A DNA stretch of 64,000 bases from NCBI GenBank assembly GCA_013334575.1, contig JAAXXG010000003.1, forward strand, positions 12,699-76,698. The letters run 5' to 3'. The position numbers and the translations under genes are program-made. The notes beneath the pieces were generated by a model. The model was given only the letters and a program-made list of their open reading frames with translations, was not told where the DNA came from and searched no databases. Origin of the DNA: Candidatus Moraniibacteriota bacterium (GTDB taxonomy: Bacteria > Patescibacteriota > Minisyncoccia > Moranbacterales > UBA1568). This document shows positions 37,271-46,909 of this stretch, in pieces; the first letter of the stretch is position 1, and each line of letters opens with the position of its first letter.

Positions 37271-38317
37271 ATGGCAAAAAAAAATAAAAAAATAGAAGTC
37301 GTCGATCTTTTTAGTGGAGTAGGTGGTTTAACATACGGCTTAAGAAAGTCAGGATTGTCAGTTTTGGCTGGCATTGATAACGACCAATCATGTGCATATG
37401 CATATGAGAAAAATAATAAGGCAAGGTTTTTATCTGTTGATATATCGAAGTTTGATTTTAAAGAATTGAATAAAATTTATTCGAGGAACAGTGTTCGAGT
37501 ACTTGTTGGGTGCGCTCCGTGTCAACCCTTTTCTTCTCATGCTTATAAATTACGTAAAGACGAAAGTGACGTGCGCTGGAACTTGCTCAGTCATTTTATT
37601 AGAGGAATAAAAGTCGTCAAACCGGATATTGTTTCAATGGAGAATGTTCGAGGAGTTACGAAAACTGATGTATTTAAGAACTTCGTGAGTGAACTTGAAA
37701 AACTTGGTTATAAAGTTGATTGGAAAGTTGTATATGCACCAAATTATGGTGTGCCACAAAATCGAAGCCGCCTTATTTTGCTTGCTTCAAGACTTGGTGA
37801 AATTTCTATACCAAAAGAAACTCATACAAAAGACAATTATGTTACTGTTGGCGATGTCATTCGTGAGTTGCCAAGGATTGAAGCAGGGGAAGCATCAAAG
37901 CAGGATAAATTACATCAAGCAAAGAAGCTGGAACTTATAAATGAAAGGCGTATTTTGCAATCGAAGCCTGGTGGCACTTGGCGCGATTGGGATAAGAGTT
38001 TATTGCCGAATTGCTATAAAAAAGATAGTGGACAAACGTACACATCGGTATATGGACGTATGAAGTGGGAGGACGTATCGCCGACGATTACCACGCAATT
38101 CACAAGTTACGGATCCGGGCGATTTGGACATCCTGAACAGAATCGAGCGCTTTCAATTCGTGAGGGTGCGCTTTTGCAAACATTTCCCATTGATTATGAC
38201 TTTGGAGATTTTCCGGCTGCAAAATTGAGTCGACATATTGGTAATGCAGTGCCTCCTCAGTTGGGTGTTGTAATTGGAAGGCAAATAAAGAAACACATTG
38301 AAATCTATGGAAAGTGA
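37271..38317 (+). CDS. dcm: DNA (cytosine-5) methyltransferase
   Basis: DLFSGVGG (I), GCAPCQPFS (IV), MENV (VI), YGVPQNRSR (VIII), REGALLQTFP (IX), IGNAVPP (X); AT-rich. Confidence 0.95.
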   Translation: MAKKNKKIEVVDLFSGVGGLTYGLRKSGLSVLAGIDNDQSCAYAYEKNNKARFLSVDISKFDFKELNKIYSRNSVRVLVGCAPCQPFSSHAYKLRKDESDVRWNLLSHFIRGIKVVKPDIVSMENVRGVTKTDVFKNFVSELEKLGYKVDWKVVYAPNYGVPQNRSRLILLASRLGEISIPKETHTKDNYVTVGDVIRELPRIEAGEASKQDKLHQAKKLELINERRILQSKPGGTWRDWDKSLLPNCYKKDSGQTYTSVYGRMKWEDVSPTITTQFTSYGSGRFGHPEQNRALSIREGALLQTFPIDYDFGDFPAAKLSRHIGNAVPPQLGVVIGRQIKKHIEIYGK

Positions 38318-39953
38318 AAAGTATACATTTAATATATCCCTGAGCGTTTTAAATCATCTTGGCAGAAATTTATATCGCAGCTTTGTTACGATACTTGGTG
38401 AGGGTATTTCTAATGCTTGGGACGCTGACGCGGACAGCGTTTATATTTACTACGATTCCGAAAATCAAACCTTATGCATCATGGACGATGGTGCTGGTAT
38501 GAGTTCTGAGGATTTTCAGGGTAAATTTCTACGTGTAGGCTATACAAAACGAAAAGGTTGTGGCCTAACAAGCCCTGGAGGGCGTCATTTTATTGGGCGT
38601 AAAGGGATTGGAAAGCTAGCACTTCTGTCTGCCGCTCAAACTGTAACAGTCATAACTAAGACCAAAGATGGCGAGTTTGTTTGTGGTGTTATTGATAACG
38701 GCGGATTGGACGAGGCTATTGATGAGGACACACAACAGGCTGATTATCCACTAGGTACGGTTGATCCTATCGCTTTTCTAGAGGAAAAGAATATAAGGAT
38801 TAACAAATCAGGTACCGTCGTTTGGTTTGATGGGTTGAAAGAAAAAGCAAGCCATAGTTTTGATTTTATAAAAAAATCTCTTGCTCTTTACTTTAGATTT
38901 TCATTGCAGGACTCAAATTTCAAAATATATTTTAATAATGAATTGGTCACGGTGAAAGAATTGCAAGGACTTTGTGATAGAACTCAGTTTTTATGGCAAC
39001 TCAACGATTCATTCTCTGATGATTTTATAAATCAAATGAGTCCAAAAAGAACTGATGTAATACTTGATGATCAAAAAATAACGGGGTTTATTGCATCTGT
39101 TAATGAGCCTAGAGACAGAAACATATTTGGCTCAGGAGAACGTGTTGGTATTGATGTGTTTGTGAACGGACGCATTAGAGAAGTTGATATACTAAAACAC
39201 TTTCCTCGATCACGTATCCCCGAGCAATATTTATATGGACAAGTTCATCTAAACGATTTCGACAATGACGAAGTTGACCGGTTTACAAGCAGTCGTGAAG
39301 GAATACATGTTGATGATCCTGATTTTAAAATAATTCGTGAAAAACTTGGCGAAGTAGTTAATTCCATTATTAAACAATGGGATGTTTGGCGGCTTGAATT
39401 GAGAGAAGAGGGAGATAGCGATAACGAGGAAAATCTTAAAAAAGAGCAACGATATTCAAGAAATTTATATAACCAAGTGGCCTCAAAATATGTGCCAGCG
39501 TCTGAACAAGCCGATACGGTCAGACAATGGGAACATGAGCTGGAGAAAGACGCCGAATTAAATCTTCGTTCGTATGCAGAATGCTTCATCTCTGAAAATT
39601 TGGTTAGAAGGTATTGGCAAGAGAAAGAAATTAATCCAGACCAAAACTCATCGCAAGAAGTAAGTCATTGGAGAAACTGTGAGACAAGAGACAAAAATCA
39701 GGCAAATATATCAATAGATATACGTCTTGATAACGATGACAAATACTACATTGGAATGGAGAACTTAGCGCGACAAGCAGAGGCTCCGGGAGCTGCTGGT
39801 TCTGGTAACGCTAGTTTGCCACATGATGCAAAGGCTTTTGCGCCGTTGAGAAATGCAGTTATGCACACTTCTTTACTCACAGATCAAGCAAAAAGTAGAT
39901 TAACTACAGTCCTGGATAATATAAGAGGGCGGATTAAAACTTTGCTTCAATAA
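38307..39953 (+). CDS. GHKL/MORC-type ATPase with a putative C-terminal HEPN domain
   Basis: EGISNAWDA, DDGAGMS, GRKGIGKLA and GTVV Bergerat motifs; S5-like VFVNGRI; C-terminal ISENLVRRY and RNAVMH (Rx4H). Confidence 0.82.
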   Translation: MESEKYTFNISLSVLNHLGRNLYRSFVTILGEGISNAWDADADSVYIYYDSENQTLCIMDDGAGMSSEDFQGKFLRVGYTKRKGCGLTSPGGRHFIGRKGIGKLALLSAAQTVTVITKTKDGEFVCGVIDNGGLDEAIDEDTQQADYPLGTVDPIAFLEEKNIRINKSGTVVWFDGLKEKASHSFDFIKKSLALYFRFSLQDSNFKIYFNNELVTVKELQGLCDRTQFLWQLNDSFSDDFINQMSPKRTDVILDDQKITGFIASVNEPRDRNIFGSGERVGIDVFVNGRIREVDILKHFPRSRIPEQYLYGQVHLNDFDNDEVDRFTSSREGIHVDDPDFKIIREKLGEVVNSIIKQWDVWRLELREEGDSDNEENLKKEQRYSRNLYNQVASKYVPASEQADTVRQWEHELEKDAELNLRSYAECFISENLVRRYWQEKEINPDQNSSQEVSHWRNCETRDKNQANISIDIRLDNDDKYYIGMENLARQAEAPGAAGSGNASLPHDAKAFAPLRNAVMHTSLLTDQAKSRLTTVLDNIRGRIKTLLQ

Positions 39954-40118
39954 AGAAACTCACTCGCGTTATCAGGTCTTTGAGCGCGTGCTGTTAGGTG
40001 TTAGGGTAGGTCAGGCACAAGTAAATTAACTTGTGCGTTAGTGTAAACCGCTTTGAATGTCGGCAAGAAAATGGGTCAGTTACTCTTTCGAAGAGGATTT
40101 TTGAACCCATTGGCGGCT

Positions 40119-40379
40119 CGTGACCCGGAACGTGTTTCCTGATAGAGTGGTGAAAATACGTAGCGGGAAATAGTGATGAAGCGTATCCGGACCATCGTCC
40201 TTACCGGCGGGCCGTGCGGCGGCAAGAGCACGGTCCTGCGGGCCTTGCGCGAGGAATTCGGCGACCGGCTGGTGCCGGTGCCGGAGGCGGCGACCGTCCT
40301 CTTCGAGGGTGGTTTTCCGGTTCCCGGCCGCGATATCGAATGGAGCGAGGAGTGGCGGGAGGCCTTCCAACCGGCCGTG
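40119..40379 (+). pseudogene. Upstream region and first ~68 codons of the AAA ATPase gene (copy 1)
   Basis: Near-identical to 43863 onward; similarity stops abruptly after GGCCGTG. Confidence 0.9.
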
Positions 40380-40496
40380 TTACATCTTTTCGGGGAGGAT
40401 GTTACATGTCTCTAGGGGGATATGTTACATCTTTTTTAGGCTTATATCGGTTTCTTTTGCTTTAATAAGGCATTTGTGCTACGATCTCGTTACATG
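40378..40496 (+). promoter_or_regulatory. TGTTACAT direct repeats upstream of the fic gene (putative operators)
   Basis: TGTTACAT three times at ~22-23 bp spacing plus a fourth GTTACAT near the start codon. Confidence 0.55.
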
Positions 40497-40518
40497 ATTT
40501 CAATCCTCTAGCACATCT

Positions 40519-41661
40519 ATGCGTGATAACCTGCATATCCCGAAACCCGATTTCGGGTCCAATCTCACTCGGCTGGTCGTCAAATTGGACCATCTGCGGT
40601 CACAGAACCTGTCCGGGAGCACTCCGGCGCATATCTTCTTCCAACTCAAGGAGATCTTTCACCTGCTCGAAAGCCTCGGCTCGACGCGCATAGAGGGAAA
40701 TCATACGACCTTAGCGGAGTACATCGAGACGAAGATCACCCCGGACGAACATCCGACGGAAGGGATCCGGGAGATACAGAACAACGAGGAAGTCATGGAT
40801 TTCGTCGAGAAGACCGACACGACCGGTCCGATTACGCACGCCTTCATCCGTGAAATCCAAAGCATGATCGTCCGCGACCTCTCGACAAACAGGGAGGGCG
40901 ATCATACTCCGGGACAATATCGGAACAAGAACGTCGCAATCAGTCATTCCGAGCATACGCCGCCGGACTTTGTCCGGGTCCGGGAATACATGGACGAGCT
41001 GGTCGACTTCATAAATGCTGAGAATGAACCGCAGTTCGATTTGCTGAAGACTGCGATCATGCATCATCGGTTCGCCTGGATACACCCGTTCGGAAACGGG
41101 AACGGTCGGACCGTGAGAGCGTTGACGTACGCGATGCTTATACGCCAGGGATTCAATCTGGAGAAGGGACGTCTGGTAAATCCGACCGCAGTCTTTTGTG
41201 TCGACAGGAACCGGTACTACGAGATGCTCGAGAAGGCTGATTCGGGGAATGATGCTGACGTGCTCGCATGGTGCGAATATGTCTTGGACGGACTCGATCG
41301 TGAAATCACGAAAGTGAACCGGCTTACCGATTATGCCTATCTGAAGGACGTCATCCTGAAACCCGCCATCGGGATATCTTTCGAAAGGAATTTCATCGCG
41401 GAAAAAGAGCGGAAAATTCTTCTGATAGCGGTCGATAAGCCGCTTTTTCAGGCGGGAGATATCGCTCATCTGTTCCCGGGCGTCGCGCATACCGAGGTAT
41501 CCCGATTCCTCCGCGGGATGCGGGAGAAGAAACTTATCCGGCCAATCGCGCCGAATGCCAGGAAATATTCGATGGAAATCGCAAACGGGTATCTGTTGCG
41601 AGGCATCATGAAGGCACTCGATGAGAACGACTTTCTGCCCCTGAAGGGCGAGGCGGAGTAG
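40519..41661 (+). CDS. Fic family protein with C-terminal winged helix
   Basis: STRIEGN, PGQYR, HPFGNGNGRTVR. Confidence 0.92.
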   Translation: MRDNLHIPKPDFGSNLTRLVVKLDHLRSQNLSGSTPAHIFFQLKEIFHLLESLGSTRIEGNHTTLAEYIETKITPDEHPTEGIREIQNNEEVMDFVEKTDTTGPITHAFIREIQSMIVRDLSTNREGDHTPGQYRNKNVAISHSEHTPPDFVRVREYMDELVDFINAENEPQFDLLKTAIMHHRFAWIHPFGNGNGRTVRALTYAMLIRQGFNLEKGRLVNPTAVFCVDRNRYYEMLEKADSGNDADVLAWCEYVLDGLDREITKVNRLTDYAYLKDVILKPAIGISFERNFIAEKERKILLIAVDKPLFQAGDIAHLFPGVAHTEVSRFLRGMREKKLIRPIAPNARKYSMEIANGYLLRGIMKALDENDFLPLKGEAE

Positions 41662-41743
41662 AAACCCGTAAAAGAACGACCTGGTCCGGAAAAGGTGTCA
41701 GGTGCTTTTGACTGATGTCAGATGGCCGAGGGGCGTAAACGCC

Positions 41744-41837
41744 GTGACCCGGACCGCGTTTCCTGATAGAGTGGGGAAAATACGTAGCGGGAATCGATGA
41801 AGCGTATCCGGACTATCGTCCTTACCGGCGGGCCGTG
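41744..41837 (+). pseudogene. Upstream region and first ~13 codons of the AAA ATPase gene (copy 2)
   Basis: CGTGACCCGGACCGCGTTTCCTGATAGAGTGGGGAAAATACGTAGCGGGAATCGATGAAGCGT...GGGCCGTG|TAG. Confidence 0.9.
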
Positions 41838-41891
41838 TAGAGCCCTTTATGAATAGGTGGGGGTTGATTGAGTACTTAGTAAGGTATCTTT

Positions 41892-42464
41892 ATGATGAAG
41901 TTTGATGAGCCTCCGCGCGGCGGATCTTTAGAGGAGTGCTCTAAAGAGTCGTATATGAATCCTCGTTCGGATAGGCCGAAGTACAAGGGGCGTGATAGGG
42001 AAATCGGAGAGCGAGAAGCTAAACGACGACTCGCCATTCTTCCCAAGTTGGAAAAGATTTCTCGCGACTTCTGTGCGAAGCATTCCATAGAAAATTGTCC
42101 GATTTTGATTCCAAAGGGTTCTGCCGATGTCGGCATGAGTACTCCAGAGAGTGATTTTGATGTGGCGGTTGTTGTTAGCTCGCCTCATATTTTCCTGCAG
42201 GATCCGAACGTATGGAGGCAATATGTATCTATGCTTGAGGTGGCTGCTGATGAGGACTTCCGAGTGGAGCTACATCTTATTTCTCGATCGGAATCTGGTC
42301 TCCGTTTCGGAACGGAATTTTCCAATCATATTTCAAATGCTGAGTCGGATTCCGGATTCGGGGATTTATTTAAGAAGTTTGCTGAGTTTAAGATAGGAAA
42401 GGCGGATTGTATAAAGGATAAAAATCATGGCCAAGATACGTCCGACACGAATTCGATGGGGTAG
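41892..42464 (+). CDS. Minimal nucleotidyltransferase (Pol-beta superfamily) domain protein
   Basis: KGSADVGMSTPESDFDVAVVV matches the GS...SDxD signature. Confidence 0.65.
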   Translation: MMKFDEPPRGGSLEECSKESYMNPRSDRPKYKGRDREIGEREAKRRLAILPKLEKISRDFCAKHSIENCPILIPKGSADVGMSTPESDFDVAVVVSSPHIFLQDPNVWRQYVSMLEVAADEDFRVELHLISRSESGLRFGTEFSNHISNAESDSGFGDLFKKFAEFKIGKADCIKDKNHGQDTSDTNSMG

Positions 42465-42505
42465 TTTTGAGTCTGTGTATTTTAGGATAAACCTGTCGCG
42501 GAACC

Positions 42506-42604
42506 CGTGACCCGGACCGCGTTTCCTGATAGAGTGGGGAAAATACGTAGCGGGAATCAATGAAGCGTATCCGGACTATCGTCCTTACCGGCGGGCCGTG
42601 CGGC
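42506..42604 (+). pseudogene. Upstream region and first ~15 codons of the AAA ATPase gene (copy 3)
   Basis: Same 5' boundary CGTGACCCGG; ends GGGCCGTGCGGC. Confidence 0.9.
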
Positions 42605-42721
42605 AAAAAAGGGCCGGTCACCTCTTTTGCCCGGAGTGGGATCGCGATAGTGTCGGTATCGATAAAAGTTGCATGACACTTTTCTGCAGGAATGTTTTTG
42701 GAACTTATTCGATCAATTTTT

Positions 42722-43795
42722 ATGGAAAAATTTTTTACACAAGAAGTCAATGCGACCGGAAAGAGTATTGAGAAAGGGAGCGATTTTTTTGGGAGAATCG
42801 AAGAGCACTCTCGCGCCTTTGATCGTGAGACTGCTGATACGCGCAAGCGTTCTCGGGATGAAATACGAGAGCACTGGCGTGAGACGGAATGGAAAATCGG
42901 GGATACGACAGTGCATGCCATTGGCGTGATGCATGTGCCGGAGACGTTTTTGGAGTATCGCAAAGAAATCGAGAACGCAATCAAAGAAAGCGATATTGTT
43001 GTGAATGAATTCGCTCCCGAAGCGTTGGGTTTGTATGACAAGGAATCCGTACCGCACCTGCAACGGACGGCATCCCTGTTCAATGAGCATTATAATTTGG
43101 AACAATTACGGCAGATATATTTGAAGAACGAACGAGAATGGAATACGGGCATGTTTCATCATGAGATAGAGCTTCTTACGGCGAAATATGATAAAGATAT
43201 GGCGCTTATGGATCTCAATATGACCAAGGATTGTGAAGATTTGCTTCAGGGGAGCTCTTTGTATGCTCATGCTGCGGAACAGTCTGATGAGAATGCCGCA
43301 ACGCTCAAAAAACTCGGTTTGTACGCCGGGGCGGCCGCTTCAGTTGCCGGCGCCGTGGCGCAGAAACCCATGTCACGGAGGAAATTTTTGCGGCTTGCCC
43401 TTCTCGGTACCGGAGCGACGATAGCCGGAATAACACCAAAGCTGACTGAAACCCCGCCTCAAACAGCCATTAAGAAAGAGATGTCGATGGAGGACAAGCG
43501 GGTCGGCATGGTATTGCGTGATTTGCAAATCGCCGATTCTTTGCAGCGTCTTGCGGGGCTCGGGTATAAAAATATCACGTTTATTTACGGAGTCGGTCAT
43601 CTGTCCGGAGTCGGGAAACATCTGCATAATCCGGAAGAGTTTAGAAACATGTTGGATGAAAAAAAGGAACAACTTCATGCGTGCAATTCCGACGCCTTTC
43701 GCATATACCGTCTTGCGGACGGAGAAAATACGTCGGAAAAATTCGTCGCTTCGGACAAAAAGGTTTGGAAGCGCATCTCACCTGCAAGGGTTTAA
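42722..43795 (+). CDS. TraB/GumN/TIKI-like family protein with an internal hydrophobic SRRKFL segment
   Basis: HAIGVMH, DIVVNE, LRD..IA..L and IYGVGHL in the metal-ligand order seen in TraB/TIKI proteins. Confidence 0.55.
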   Translation: MEKFFTQEVNATGKSIEKGSDFFGRIEEHSRAFDRETADTRKRSRDEIREHWRETEWKIGDTTVHAIGVMHVPETFLEYRKEIENAIKESDIVVNEFAPEALGLYDKESVPHLQRTASLFNEHYNLEQLRQIYLKNEREWNTGMFHHEIELLTAKYDKDMALMDLNMTKDCEDLLQGSSLYAHAAEQSDENAATLKKLGLYAGAAASVAGAVAQKPMSRRKFLRLALLGTGATIAGITPKLTETPPQTAIKKEMSMEDKRVGMVLRDLQIADSLQRLAGLGYKNITFIYGVGHLSGVGKHLHNPEEFRNMLDEKKEQLHACNSDAFRIYRLADGENTSEKFVASDKKVWKRISPARV

Positions 43796-43916
43796 TTTCA
43801 GAAAACGTACCTTGTACTTCTCGAATGAAGTATCAGGGTCGAATTTTCGGGAGGCAAGGAACCGTGACCCGGACCGCGTTTCCTGATAGAGTGGGGAAAA
43901 TACGTAGCGGGAATCG

Positions 43917-44549
43917 ATGAAACGTATCCGGACCATCGTCCTTACCGGCGGGCCGTGCGGCGGCAAGAGCACGGTCCTGCGGGCCTTGCGCGAGGAATTC
44001 GGCGATCGGCTGGTGCCGGTGCCGGAGGCGGCGACCGTCCTCTTCGAGGGCGGTTTTCCGGTTCCCGGCCGGGACATCGAGTGGAGCGAGGAGTGGCAGG
44101 AGGCGTTCCAACCGGCCGTGCTGGCGCTGCAGGCCGCGCTCGAACAAAGTCACGCGCTCTTGGCCGCGGACCGGGACGTGGTGCTCGTGTGCGACCGGGG
44201 CCGGCTCGACGGGGCGGCGTATACCGAGGGCGGCGTCGGGGCGTTCTGCCGGATCCACGGGCTCGACGAGACCGAGACGCACGGACGGTACGACCTGGTG
44301 ATCCATCTGGAGTCGCTTGCGACGAGCCATCCCGAACGCTACGGGACCGAGGGGAACGCCGCGCGCTACGAGTCGCTCGAACAGGCGCAGGCGCTTGAGC
44401 GCGCGACGCGGGAGGCGTGGGGGAATCATCCACGGCGGAAAATGATCGGCGGGGAGCGGGGGATGGAGGGAAAGATCGAGGATGTGGTCGCGGTCGTGCG
44501 CGAACTGCTCGGCGAGGGCTCGGAATATTCCGATAAGGGACAACGATAA
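43917..44549 (+). CDS. P-loop ATPase/kinase (AAA_28, NadR/Ttd14-like), intact copy
   Basis: IVLTGGPCGGKST, VPEAAT, CDRG.LD..AY, RYDLVIHL. Confidence 0.88.
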   Translation: MKRIRTIVLTGGPCGGKSTVLRALREEFGDRLVPVPEAATVLFEGGFPVPGRDIEWSEEWQEAFQPAVLALQAALEQSHALLAADRDVVLVCDRGRLDGAAYTEGGVGAFCRIHGLDETETHGRYDLVIHLESLATSHPERYGTEGNAARYESLEQAQALERATREAWGNHPRRKMIGGERGMEGKIEDVVAVVRELLGEGSEYSDKGQR

Positions 44550-45442
44550 TGAACTGGATCGTCCTTTCGCTCATCGCACCGCTGTTCTGGGCACTGACGA
44601 GCTTTGTCGACAAATACGTCCTCGGGAAGTATTCCCGCGGGCTGGCGGATTTCGTGTTCTTCTCGTCGCTCGGAAGCTGGCTGCTCTTTTTCGCGCTGAT
44701 GCCGTTTTCCGGGATGCCGGTTCTTAGTCTTCGGCTCCTTATTCCGGTCGCGACCGGAATGATGCTCATGTATTCCTACTGGCTCTACGGCAAAGCGCTC
44801 GGGGAGGGGGATGTCTCCACGACCATCATCCTGCTGTACAAGCTGATTCCGGTGGTCACGGCGGCGCTTGCGTTCGCGTTTCTCGGGGAGAGCCTCGCTC
44901 CGAAGGAACTTCTGGGATTCGTCATCGTCCTCGCCGGGGCGACCGCCGTTTCGTTCGAGCGGGGCGGCAAACTGCTCGTCCCGGGCCTTCCCGCCATCTT
45001 CGGGGTCGTGGTCCTCTGGTCGGTCATGACGCTTCTCATCGACTACGGATTGGAGGAAATCCCGTTCTGGCAGTACCTCATGCTCGACAGTCTCGGTTCC
45101 GCGGTCGCGGGACTTTCCCTGTTTCTTGTCCCGTCGCTACGGCGGGAGATGGTGGCGGGCATCCGGAGCGCCGGCGGCGGGAAGTATGCCTGGTACGTCG
45201 GGAACAATCTCCTCGACTTCGTCGGGCAGATGAGCGTCAAGAAGGCGGTCATGCTTGCTCCGGCCGTGAGCCTGGTGACGCTCGTCATCCAGGTCCAGTC
45301 GTTCTACGGGATCGTCATCGGGGCGCTGCTGACGGTCGTGGTTCCGCAGGTGATCCGGGAGGATATCTCGCCCCGTTCCCTGGTGCGGAAGGTCATCGGC
45401 GCCGCTGTCATGTTCTCCGGCATCGTCCTTCTGGTCGGGTGA
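44549..45442 (+). CDS. EamA/DMT family transporter
   Basis: About 10 TM helices; WAL..FVDK, FLGESL...ELLG. Confidence 0.82.
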   Translation: MNWIVLSLIAPLFWALTSFVDKYVLGKYSRGLADFVFFSSLGSWLLFFALMPFSGMPVLSLRLLIPVATGMMLMYSYWLYGKALGEGDVSTTIILLYKLIPVVTAALAFAFLGESLAPKELLGFVIVLAGATAVSFERGGKLLVPGLPAIFGVVVLWSVMTLLIDYGLEEIPFWQYLMLDSLGSAVAGLSLFLVPSLRREMVAGIRSAGGGKYAWYVGNNLLDFVGQMSVKKAVMLAPAVSLVTLVIQVQSFYGIVIGALLTVVVPQVIREDISPRSLVRKVIGAAVMFSGIVLLVG

Positions 45443-45507
45443 CGGAACCCGCTTCCGCGAACGGTGGTCGTATAGTATTCTGAGGAGGCAGCCGATAGGC
45501 ATACCGT

Positions 45508-46896
45508 ATGAAGAACACCGCGACGAACCTGTCCTCCGCGGCTGGGAACGGAAACAGGAAGCGGCTTCCCAAGGCCGAGCGCATCGCGATCAGCCTGTAC
45601 AAGCGCACGTTGAACCGGAAGCGGTTCGGCCGGTTTCTCCGTATCCTGGGTCCGGGGCTCGTGACCGGGGCGGCAGACGACGACCCGTCGGGCATCGCGA
45701 CCTATTCGCAGGCGGGCGCCATGAACGGCTTCGGGCTCCTGTGGGCGTTCCCGCTCATGTACCCGCTTCTTCTCGGTGTACAGGAGAGCTGCTCGCGTAT
45801 CGGCGCGGTCACGGGCAAGGGGCTTGCGGCGGTCATCAAGGAATACTACGGTCGGCGCATCCTGCTGTTCGCGGTCCTGCTCGTGGTGTCGGCGAACGCG
45901 GTGAACATCGGTGCCGATCTCGGCGCGATGGCCGAGGCGACCCGGCTGTTCGTCGATCTGCCACAGATCTTCCTCGCGGTCCTGTATGCCGCGATCGTGG
46001 TGCTGCTGGTCGTTTTCGTGAACTATCGGACCTACGCCCGGATCCTCAAGTGGCTTGCGCTCTCGCTCCTGGCGTATCCGCTGACGGCATTCATGGCCGG
46101 GCTCGACTGGGCACAGGTTCTCCGGAGCACCTTCCTTTCGGTTCCGCGCCTCGACGCGGAGACCATGTACATCCTCGTCGGTATCATCGGGACCACCGTA
46201 TCGCCCTACCTGTTCTTCTGGGACACGTCCGAGGTGGTGGAAGAAGAGATCGCGAAACACAACCGGGCGTCGATCGGCCGCGATCCCAAGCCGACCGCGC
46301 GGTTTCTCCGCAATCTCCGTATCGACAACCTCGTCGGGATGACCGCCGCCAACCTGACGGCGTGGTTCATCGTCGTGGCCTGCGCCTCGACCCTTCATCT
46401 TGCCGGAGTGACCGAGATCGGCACTGCCGCCGAGGCGGCGCGCGCGCTCGAACCGATGGTCGACGGGTTCCCGCATGCGGGGCTCGTGGCCAAACTCGTC
46501 TTCTCGATCGGTATCGTCGGAACGGGGCTTCTCGCGGTTCCGGTGCTCGCGGGATCGTCGTCGTACGCGATCAGCGAGGCGTTCGGCTGGAAGGAAGGAC
46601 TGTCCCGAAAGTTCCGTAACGCCCGCGGGTTCTATGCCGTCATCGCGGTCGCGACCTTCGTCGGCCTCGCGCTCAATCTTTTCGGCGTCGACCCGATCAA
46701 GGCGCTCGTCTTCACGGCGGTCTTCAACGGTATCGCCGCGGTACCACTCCTTTTTCTTATCGTGCGGATCGGCAACGATGCCGCGATCATGGGTGACTAC
46801 CGCAACGGCCGGTGGTCCAACCTGTCCGTCCGGCTGGCGGCCGCGACCATGACCGTCGCGGTAATCGGGTTGTTCGTGTCGATGCTTGTCCGATAG
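45508..46896 (+). CDS. Nramp-family divalent metal transporter
   Basis: LGPGLVTGAADDDPSGIATYSQAGA, RIGAVTGKGL, GTTVSPYLFFW. Confidence 0.9.
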   Translation: MKNTATNLSSAAGNGNRKRLPKAERIAISLYKRTLNRKRFGRFLRILGPGLVTGAADDDPSGIATYSQAGAMNGFGLLWAFPLMYPLLLGVQESCSRIGAVTGKGLAAVIKEYYGRRILLFAVLLVVSANAVNIGADLGAMAEATRLFVDLPQIFLAVLYAAIVVLLVVFVNYRTYARILKWLALSLLAYPLTAFMAGLDWAQVLRSTFLSVPRLDAETMYILVGIIGTTVSPYLFFWDTSEVVEEEIAKHNRASIGRDPKPTARFLRNLRIDNLVGMTAANLTAWFIVVACASTLHLAGVTEIGTAAEAARALEPMVDGFPHAGLVAKLVFSIGIVGTGLLAVPVLAGSSSYAISEAFGWKEGLSRKFRNARGFYAVIAVATFVGLALNLFGVDPIKALVFTAVFNGIAAVPLLFLIVRIGNDAAIMGDYRNGRWSNLSVRLAAATMTVAVIGLFVSMLVR

Positions 46897-46909
46897 CGTT
46901 CAGATATAT

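Noticed and set aside
40119-44549. Diversity-generating retroelement (template/variable repeat pairs)
   Set aside because: Differences are mostly synonymous and not adenine-specific, and no reverse transcriptase is present.
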